Assembly: GCA_002269645.1 (NCBI GenBank)
Contig: NIVC01004172.1
Span: 72,033 to 104,664, forward strand
Source: Macrostomum lignano
Taxonomy: Eukaryota
Length of the DNA stretch: 32,632 bases
Direction of reading: 5' to 3'
The stretch's first letter is position 1; each line of letters starts with the position of its first letter. The notes under the pieces are model-generated. The model saw only the letters and a program-made list of their open reading frames with translations, was not told the origin of the DNA and ran no database searches. Shown here piece after piece: positions 20,018 to 30,500 of the stretch. The translations under genes and the position numbers were made by a program.

Positions 20018-21407
20018 CTGAAATGAGAAAAAAAGTGAAAAATAATTAAACATAGTAAAATAAAAGATTGCCTTTTTTCCTTTATTTAATAGCAGCTTTA
20101 CAATTTTTTTATATTTTAAATGCATATAGACTAGGCCTATACTGATTTGATTGCAAAGAGGTCTATAGCTCATGTCTATAGCCCAAATACATGTAATATT
20201 TTATTGAAAAGTGATAAAAAAGCAATAAATATTCATTCAATAATTTATTCACATATTAGCTGATTTAAATGCCATTTATCAAAACATATCTAAGACACTT
20301 TTTGACACTAACATAAGGATATATTGTTTTCCCTGTATCAAAAAATAAAAGCTTCAAAAATATTAGAAATTTCTTGAATGCAGTTTTGAAATTCTTTTGC
20401 ACCCTTTCCTCAGAAATAAAAACTGCAGCCTAACCATTTGGGAAGCTGCAACCCCAAGTCCTTAGTCAGAGCTCCCCTTCTTGCATCCTAAGGAAGAAGC
20501 AAGAAAAGAATAATATCTTACAAACTTACACCCTATAGCCAATGCAGTTTGCCATATATTTGTTATTGTAGACAAGTAGTTATGTTTAAAAGTAGCCAAC
20601 AATTGGACCAAAAAGCTGCCAACTAGACGGCAACTTTATCTTATATTTATCATTTGACCTACAAGTGTGTGAATATTAAATAATTTAAGAACAAATATAC
20701 AATATTCGTATATTAGGATAAGGTACATAATGACATGATCAGTATATGCACTAATTGAGAAAACTAGGTTGGGCAAACTGGAAAGGTTGGGGTGAGGCAC
20801 CATTGCACAATAAAATACATGTAACTTTTGGCATGCACATGGTATTACTATGAAATTTTATGCTTTAATAAAGCTACTATAAAAGTAAATATATTGATAG
20901 GTAAAATTTAACTTATTTAAACAATCTTGCTGTCCATAGAAAATAGTCTGAAAACTTTTGCAATGCATTTTATGTATAAGACAATATATATGGACAATAC
21001 CTGGCTTGTCTTGCTAGGTAATAGTGTGGCCAAGGCAGCTTAGGTATGTTGCAAAACTTAATAGCCAAGCACCAAAATTTGTAAAGGGATATATAGGACA
21101 AAAATGAATTAAATAAGAAAAAATTGAACAAAGAGAGAAAAAATTATGTTATTGAAAAACAAATTAAAAGAGCAAGGAAGCATTAAGTAGTCGAAACCAT
21201 AGTGAGAAGATTTTAATTGCATACAGAGCAAAGCTATGTTGCAAAAAGCCTCCCTAGATACAATTTTATTGCACTCTTGCTGTTAGACAAAAGTATTTCA
21301 TACATTATTTTAGACACATCTAGGTTTTAATATTTTATATATTCATTAAATCTATCTGCTAGAACTAAGGATCAAGTTCAGTGGTTGCATTCTTCTAACC
21401 AAACTTG

Positions 21408-21584
21408 ATGTTATCAGGCGCTGGCTTAACAATGTCTGAACGAATATCCTCACACTTGGAGGTGAAGGCCGGTGTTCTGGTCAAGCGTTCCCAGAACAAG
21501 CATTTATTTACTAGGGAGAACTTTAAAGAGCGATACTTTATGCTCACGCCAATGAGTCTGCAGTATTTCGAGTGCTCGAAATCG
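21408..21584 (+). CDS. TEC: Tec kinase coding exon 1 (PH domain N-half)
   Basis: LVKRSQNKHLFTRENFKERYFML resembles Btk/Tec KRSQ..K..P.NFK.R.F; donor TCG|GTCAGT; 5' UTR acceptor TCTGCTAG at 21362. Confidence 0.88.
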
Positions 21585-24500
21585 GTCAGTAACATTACTA
21601 ACTAATTTTTTAGTTTTGCCACTGCTGTTCTAAGAAATAACCCAGCTACAGATACCCGGGCTGTGCCACCGAAACCCTCCCAGATTCTCAGTTGCTGTGC
21701 CACCGAAACCCTCCCAGATTATCAGTTGCTGTGCCACTAAAACCCTCCCAGATTCTCAGTTGCTGTGCCACTAAAACCCTCCCAGATTCTCAGTTGCTGT
21801 GCCACCGAAACCCTCCCAGATTATCAGTTGCTGTGCCACTAAAACCCTCCCAGATTCTCAGTTGCTGTGCCACCGGAACCCTCCCAGATTCTCAGTTGCT
21901 GTGCCACTAAAACCCTCCCAGATTCTCAGTTGCTGTGCCACCGGAACCCTCCCAGATTCTCAGTTGCTGTGCCACTAAAACCCTCCCAGATTCTCAGTTG
22001 CTGTGCCACTAAAACCCTCCCAGATTGTCAGTTGCTGTGCCACCGGAACCCTCCCAGATTCTCAGTTGCTGTGCCACTAAAACCCTCCCAGATTCTCAGT
22101 TGCTGTGCCACCGGAACCCTCCCAGATTCTCAGTTGCTGTGCCACTAAAACCCTCCCAGATTCTCAGTTGCTGTGCCACTAAAACCCTCCCAGATTGTCA
22201 GTTGCTGTGCAGCCTCCCAGATCCCCAGTTGCTGGGCCAGCCTCCCAGATCCTCAGTTGCTGGGCCAGCCTTTCAGGTTCTCAGTTGCTAGGCCAGCCTC
22301 CCAGATCCTCAGTTGCTGGGCCAGCCTCCCAGATCCCCAGTTGCTGGGCCAGCCTCCCAGATTCTCAGTTGCTGTGCCAGCTTCCCAGATTCTCAGTTGC
22401 TGGGCCAGCCTCCCAGATCCCCAGTTGCTGGGCCAGCCTCCCAGATTCTCAGTTGCTGTGCCAGCTTCCCAGATCCTCAGTTGCTGGGCCAGCTTCCCAG
22501 ATCCTCAGTTGCTGGGCCAGCCTCCCAGAGTGTCAGTAGCTGGGCCAGCCTCCCAGATCCTCAGTTGCTGGGCCAGCCTCCCAGAGTGTCAGTAGCTGGG
22601 CCAGCCTCCCAGATTCTCAGTTGCTGGGCCAGCCTCCCAGATCCCCAGTTGCTGGGCCAGCCTCCCAGATTCTCAGTTGCTGTGCCAGCTTCCCAGATTC
22701 TCAGTTGCTGTGCCTCCGGAACCTTCCCAGATTCTCAGTTGCTGTGCCACCGGAACCCTCCCAGATCCTCAGTTGCTGGGCCAGCTTCCCAGATCCTCAG
22801 TTGCTGGGCCAGCCTCCCAGAGTGTCAGTAGCTGGGCCAGCCTCCCAGATTCTCAGTTGCTGGGCCAGCTTCCCAGATCCTCAGTTGCTGGGCCAGCCTC
22901 CCAGATCCTCAGTTGCCGGGCCAGTCTCCCAGATCCTCAGTTGCTGGGCCAGCCTTTCAGGTTCTCAGTTGCTAGGCCAGCCTCCCAGATCCTCAGTTGC
23001 TGGCCAGCCTCCCAGAGTGTCAGTAGCTGGGCCAGCCTCCCAGATTCTCAGTTGCTGGGCCAGCTTCCCAGATCCTCAGTTGCTGGGCCAGCCTCCCAGA
23101 TCCTCAGTTGCCGGGCCAGTCTCCCAGATCCTCAGTTGCTGGGCCAGCCTTTCAGGTTCTTAGTTGCTAGGCCAGCCTCCCAGATCCTCAGTTGCTGGGC
23201 CAGCCTCCCAGATCCTCAGTTGCTGGCCAGCCTCCCTGACCCTCGCAGATCTGAATCACAGCACTCCCGTCTCCCTAGCAGAGTTCGCCATCTCGGGCCA
23301 GCAAGCCGCGCGGTCGGATCTTCCTGGCGCTGATGAAAGCGGTGGAAAGTGTCGATAAGCTCGACACTAGATTCGGCGGCGGGCGCTGGCGATTCGGCTT
23401 ACAAATTGTGTACGTAGAAGACGTGCACTACACGCACTACACTCTGTACGCTCTGGCCGCCACTGAGGCTGACCGGGCCGACTGGCTGCGCCTAATCCGG
23501 GACAACGCTCTGGCTAGAGGGGCCAGGTTTGGCCCAGTCTATCATCCTGGCGCCTGGCTTAAGCCTGGCCGATTTGCCTGCTGCAACAGTAGTGATAAAA
23601 AATCGCACGGCTGCTCGCCAGCTACGGATGCTCAACAGCTGCAGCAGCAAGATGAGTCAGTTCAATTGGCTACTCAACGGCAGCAGAGACCTGTCAATCA
23701 GTTACAGCCGCTGTCCCAGCAACAGTTGACCTCGCAGACTGGGGTTAGTAACTCTTTACGACCTATTTCATTTATGTACATTACTGTATACAGCTTAGTG
23801 CAGGGGTCGGCAACTTTTTTACCTCAAGGGCCAGGTAAAGAACCTTGCTAATGGCTGCGGGCCGGATGTGAGAGAAGAGAAGAAAGGAAAGAAGGGAGAG
23901 GAGAAGTGAAGATAGATAAAATGAGAGATGAAATGAGAGAAAATGAGAAGAGAGAGGGAAGCAGAGAAGAGGGGAGAGAGAAGGTATAAGAGAGCTGAGA
24001 AGAGACCTTGAGCGGGCTGGATAGAGAGGCTTCCTGGGCCGCATGTGGACCGCGGGCCGGAGTTTGCCGACCCCTTTTTTATTAGAGGCCGGGGGTTGTG
24101 TGCACCCTGGTGCACTTTAAGCGACATGGGCACACAACCGGCGAGAGGCATTACTGCCCATTTCGCCGACTCCCCTGAGCAGGCATACAAGCGCGCGGAT
24201 ACGTACGCAGGCACACACTCACACAGGAGTGTACAGCGGCCCTAACTTTATATTATCGTTAGGCATGTACACTTCACTGCGCCTTGGGGGTTGGCTCTCA
24301 AGGCCGTTAATTGCACGAGCAGAGCCAAGCCGAGATTCCAATTCAGCCCCAAATTAATGTGACTGCACTTGGAATCGAGCCTGGGTCGCTGGCACACCAG
24401 AGCCTGCGCTAGACCGCTGGGCTACGGCCCCCTTTTGCCGACCCCCGGTGTAGAGGTAAACTCCTCTGGTTTTGCACCACGATCCCACGTTCATTTGGAG

Positions 24501-27500
24501 ATTGTGTGCACACAATTGAGAACCAACTCCCCCCACCCCAAAGCCCCAGAGAGTGTACATGCCTGACGATAGTATTGGCGCGCTTGAATGTACTTTTTTA
24601 CCAGTGCAAGCCTTACCCTTTAGCTGTACCGGATGTTACTGCTGTGAGCTAATGTCATAGAAGCTTTATTACTCAATCCTAATTTGAAAACTCAGTTCTA
24701 CTAGTAGTGGACAAATCATTTTTATGACTCTTCTATATTCACAGGTGGGCAATTCCCGGTCAACGTCCAACTTTATTACTGACTCGTCAGCCAACGGTGT
24801 GACTGGCGGCGGCGACCAGCCAACTGGCGCGGCTGGCAACGTTGTGGTTGCCATACATAATTTCCGTCCAATGCGCTCCAACCAAATTCGATTGGAGAAG
24901 GTTCGTTTTTTTAATTTCAATTGTTTTATAGTTTGGTATTCCAATATACTAAAACAATTTATTTTATGCTGTACTTTCATTTTGCCGTTTTTCATAAATA
25001 TTTAGTCAACTAATCCTTTCTCATTGATCTCCTGATCACCTGATCTACGAGCTAGTCTCAATGAGCTGCTGACCAACTGATCTATTCTCATTAAGCTGCT
25101 GACCAACTGATCTATTCTCATTGAGCTGCTGACCAACTGATCTATTCTCATTGAGCTGCTGACCAACTGATCTATTCTCATTGAGCTGCTGACCAACTGA
25201 TCTATTCTCATTGAGCTGCTGACCAACTGATCTATTCTCATTGAGCTGCTGACCAACTGATCTATTCTCATTGAGCTGCTGACCAACTGATCTATTCTCA
25301 TTGAGCTGCTGACCAACTGATCTATTCTCATTGAGCTCCTGACCAACTGATCTATTCTCATTGAGCTGCTGACCAACTGATCTATTCTCATTGAGCTGCT
25401 GACCAACTGATCTATTCTCATTGAGCTGCTGACCAACTGATCTATTCTCATTGAGCTCCTGACCAACTGATCTATTCTCATTGAGCTCCTGACCAACTGA
25501 TCTATTCTCATTGAGCTGCTGACCAACTGATCTATTCTCATTGAGCTGCTGACCAACTGATCTATTCTCATTGAGCTGCTGACCAACTGATCTATTCTCA
25601 TTGAGCTGCTGACCAACTGATCTATTCTCATTGAGCTCCTGACCAACTGATCTATTCTCAATGAGCTGCTGACCAACTGATCTATTCTCAATGAGCTGCT
25701 GACCAACTGATCTATTCTCAATGAGCTGCTGACCAACTGATCTATTCTCAATGAGCTGCTGACCAACTGATCTATTCTCAATGAGCTCCTGACCAACTGA
25801 TCTATTCTCAATGAGCTGCTGACCAACTGATCTATTCTCAATGAGCTGCTGACCAACTGATCTATTCTCAATAAGCTGCTGACCAACTTATTTATTATAG
25901 ATACCAAAGTAATCATTAAAGTAATTGTAGAAACCAGAATCGCTAAACTTAGCATATACTTCCTATTTTATTGCTACTACCTGAGGCGCAGGTTAACATA
26001 GCAGCGTGATTCTATATCAACAATAAAAAATGACAATTTTTCGCAGGGCGGACGCTACATGGTAGTTGACGGATCCAATGCCAAATGGTGGTACGTCCGG
26101 GATTCATCTGGGTAAGTGTAGTTTTTTTTCGGTGCAATATATTCTACACTTAATTCTTAGAAAACGATTCGAGAAAGAATTTCGAATTGCAGAGAGTACG
26201 GCTACATTCCGGCTAATTATATACGCAAGCCCGACAGTCTTGAAACTTACGAGTAAGTTCTATTTGCCTAGCAATTGGCTACTACTACTAATTAATTAGT
26301 AATTAGTTAAATTATTATACATGACTAATTCGCGTTTCCTATACTGACAGCTGGTACTACAAGAACATCAGCAGACAGCGGGCTGAGCACATACTGCTCG
26401 ATCTGGGCCGCAAAGAAGGCTGCTTCCTAGTTCGTGACTCAGTGTCTAAACGGAACAGTTACACCTTGTCTGTTATGGCTAAGGATGTTAATAAGTGAGT
26501 GTTGTTCATGCGCTCCTTTAATTACAGTGCATGACTGTCTTTGAACTCGGTAATTTGACTGTGCTGGCATCGTTGGAATCTTCTCCATTCACTGTTGCTG
26601 TGTCTCTCTTAGTCTCTACTAGCCTCCATTTCCCACCTGTCCTTCCTTTTGATTCCTCTCCCTCGTGTCTACCTCAATCTTTTATTGTGTACCTCCATCT
26701 CTCCTTGTCTACCCCTATCTCTCCTTGTCTGCCTCCATCTCTCCTTGTCTACCTCTATCTCTCCTTGTCTACTTCCATCTCTCCTTGTCTACTTCCATCT
26801 CTCCTTGTCTACCTCTAGCTCTCCTTGTCTACCCCTATCTCTCCTTATCTACCCCCATCTCTCCTTGTCTGCCTCCATCTCTCCTTGTCTACCCCTATCT
26901 CTCCTTGTCTGCCTCCATCTCTCCTTGTCTACCTCTATCTCTCCTTGTCTACTTCCATCTCTCCTTGTCTACTTCCATCTCTCCTTGTCTACCTCCATCT
27001 CTCCTTGTCTAACCCTATCTCTCCTTGTCTACCTTCATCTCTCCTTGTCTACCTCCATCTCTCCTTGTCTACTTCCATCTCTCCTTGTTTACCTCTCTCT
27101 CCTTGTCTACCTTTATCTCCCCTTGTCTACCCCTATCCCTCCTTCCTCTCTACATTTCATAATAATTATCGCATTAAAAGAATTAGCAGTGTTATAGGGC
27201 ATGTATGCATCGACCTGCTAACTTTATAATGCATGCAATGCTCCAATCTGCATGCTAACAAGTCCAGTCTGGGAGAGGGGGAACGGGAGAAAATCGATTG
27301 AGCCCCTCTCCCCCAGTTGTTGCGGCACTAATGATTGCCGTTAGCTGTGTATTTTGGGCCAATATTTGTGCCTCAGATGGAATATAAGCGTTTATATACG
27401 CTATGGAAAAGTTGTGCATCTAATTATCCTCTGTCAATAATCGTTACCATCTTTTATTGCTTTAATATTTCAAATTCCCAAATCCAGTTGTAGGCTGATT

Positions 27501-30500
27501 AATTATCTGTATTAAGCTCCATTAGCAATAGACCTGGTGGAACTGCCACCAATGTTTAGTGTCTAATCTAAACAGTGTGTGAAAATTTTAAAATGATGCT
27601 TGCCTTTGTATGCTGTAGTTTATACGCACAGATTTATAACCATACTAAACCAGTGCAAAATTGCCGAGATTTCGATTCAAATTTATCTGCAGCCTGAATG
27701 CCATTTATAGAGGCTCTCTGCGTCATTGGTGACGTGCACTCCGTGTCTGTTAGTATTTTATCTGTAATCTGTCTTTAGTAATCTATCTATCTGTCATAGG
27801 GTCCCTCCCTGTAGATTTTCTATTAGTGGGGTCAGCTGCCCTCCCTGTAGATTTTCTATTAGTGGGGTCAGATGCCCTCCCAGTAGATTTTCTATTAGTG
27901 GGGTCAGATGCCCTCCCTGTAGATTTTCTATTAGTGGGGTCAGATGCCCTCCCTGTAGATTTTCTACTAGTGGGGTCAGATGCCCTCCCTGTAGATTTTC
28001 TATTAGTGGGGTCAGCTGCCCTCCCTGTAGATTTTCTATTAGTGGGGTCAGATGCCCTCCCTGTAGATCTTTTATTAGTGGGGTCAGCTGCCCTCCCTGT
28101 AGATTTTCTATTAGTGGGGTCAGATGCCCTCCCTGTAGATTTTCTATTAGTGGGGTCAGCTGCCCTCCCTGTAGATTTTCTATTAGTGGGGTCAGCTGCC
28201 CTCCCTGTAGATCTTTTATTAGTGGGGTCAGCTGCCCTCCCTGTAGATTTTCTATTAGTGGGGTCAGATGCCCTCCCTGTAGATCTTTTATTAGTGGGGT
28301 CAGCTGCCCTCCCTGTAGATTTTCTATTAGTGGGGTCAGATGCCCTCCCTGTAGATTTTCTATTAGTGGGGTCAGCTGCCCTCCCTGTAGATTTTCTATT
28401 AGTGGGGTCAGCTGCCCTCCCTGTAGATCTTTTATTAGTGGGGTCAGCTGCCCTCCCTGTAGATTTTCTATTAGTGGGGTCAGATGCCCTCCCTGTAGAT
28501 TTTCTATTAGTGGGGTCAGCTGCCATACCTGTAGATTTTCTATTAGTGGGGTCAGATGCCCTCCCTGTAGATTTTCTATTAGTGGGGTCAGATGCCCTCC
28601 CTGTAGATCTCTCTATAGGCCTCTGATCCTTCATTGGGCTTCTGCCCAGGTGAGGCACCTGTACTTTCAGTTTTTCTTCAAGAAAAATCTGTCCCGACGT
28701 TTCCCCTGCCAGAAGAATTCTTTAATGCGTAATAAAGAAAAGTATTAATGCGGAGCTGCACGTCGGGACAACAAATTTTTTATTATATTAGTTTTATTTT
28801 CTATCTCAGCTTCAATAGTACTGAGTCCAAGACTTCAGGACAGCCACTGGGGGGGGGCTGCTCGGCGGTGGGTCTCTCTGCCTCGCACTTCTTTCTTTTG
28901 CTGAGTCGTTTAGACTGCGTGCGAAACCAATTCTACTGAGGCCACAGCCGCGCAGCAGCGGCTACCCAATTGCACAGTGCGCTTTAATTATTCAGTTGAC
29001 TGCCAGGCGAGTCTGCTAGATAAATTTGGTAGACGATATTGTTTTTCTACCTCTGTTAGTTTTGTTGCTAACTTTTTTATTTATCTAAATCAGAGGATAG
29101 CGGGGACCCACTGAAGGAGCGGAGGATGACAGCGGGGACCCACTGAATGAGTGGAGGGTGACAGCGGGGACCCACTGAAGGAGCGGAGGGTAACAGCGGA
29201 GACCCACTGAAGGAGCGGAGGGTAACAGCGGAGACCCACTGAAGGAGCGGAGGGTGACAGCGGGGACCCACTGAATGAGTGGAGGGCGACAGCGGAGACC
29301 CACTGAATGAGTGGAGGGCGACAGCGGAGACCCACTGAATGAGTGGAGGGCGACAGCGGAGACCCACTGAATGAGTGGAGGGTGACAGCGGGGACCCACT
29401 GAATGAGTGGAGGGTAACAGAGGAGACCCACTGAAGGAGCGGAGGGTGACAGCGGGGACCCACTGAATGAGTGGAGGGTAACAGAGGAGACCCACTGAAG
29501 GAGCGGAGGGTGACAGCGGAGACCCACTGAATGAGTGGAGGGTGACAGCGGGGACTCAGTAAAAGACAAAATCTGAACGATTTAAAGATACCTTAATAAA
29601 AAGTGTTACAATTTACTTATAAATAGCAAATTATGGAGATGTTTCCGTGAAGTAATATATTTGTAAAGTTTTTTCTTAATCAGTAGCACAAAACCGCAAT
29701 TTTCCAGTCGCAGCGAGTGGCGCGTGCACCACTATCACATCTACGTGAACGATCAGCGCCAGTACTATCTGGCTGAGAAGCACGCCTGCGCGTCTATTCC
29801 TGAGTTAATCTTCTATCACAAGCACAATTCTGGCGGTGAGTATCTAGTATATGATTATCACTACTCTGTGACTGTTTTCGGTGAGATTCTCACTACTCTA
29901 TGGCAATCTAGGGTGAGATTCTCGCTACTCTATGGCAATCTAGGGTGAGATTCTCTACTCTATGGAAATCTAGGGTAAGATTCTCGCTACTCTATGGCAA
30001 TCTAGGGTGAGATTCTCGCTACTCTATGGCAATCTAGGGTGAGATTCTCTACTCTTTGGAAATCTAGGGTGAGATTCTCACTACTCTATGGTAATCTAGG
30101 GTGAGATTCTCACTATTCTACGGTGTAATCTAGGTTGAGATTCTCACTACTCTATAGTGTAATCTAGGTTGAGATTCTCACTACTCTATGGTGTAATCTA
30201 GATTGAGATTCTCACTACTCTATGGTAATCTGGGGTGAGATTCTCACTACTCTATGGTGTAATCTAGATTGAGATTCTCACTACTCTATGGTAATCTGGG
30301 GTGAGATTCTCACTACTCTATGGTGTAATCTAGGTTGTGATTCTCACTACTCTATGACAATCTAGGGTGAGATTCTCGCTACTATATGACAATCTAGGGT
30401 GAGATTCTCTACTCTATGGAAATATAGGGTGAGATTCTCGCTACTCTATGGCAATCTAGGGTAAGATTCTCACTACTCTGTGGCAATCTAGGGTAAGATT

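Noticed and set aside
21692-23358. Long ORFs in Tec intron 1
   Set aside because: Translations of the 34/28-bp arrays.
25002-29569. ORFs of 115-317 aa in Tec introns 3 and 6 as genes
   Set aside because: All are periodic translations of 30-, 20-, 36- and 32-bp arrays inside well-defined introns.
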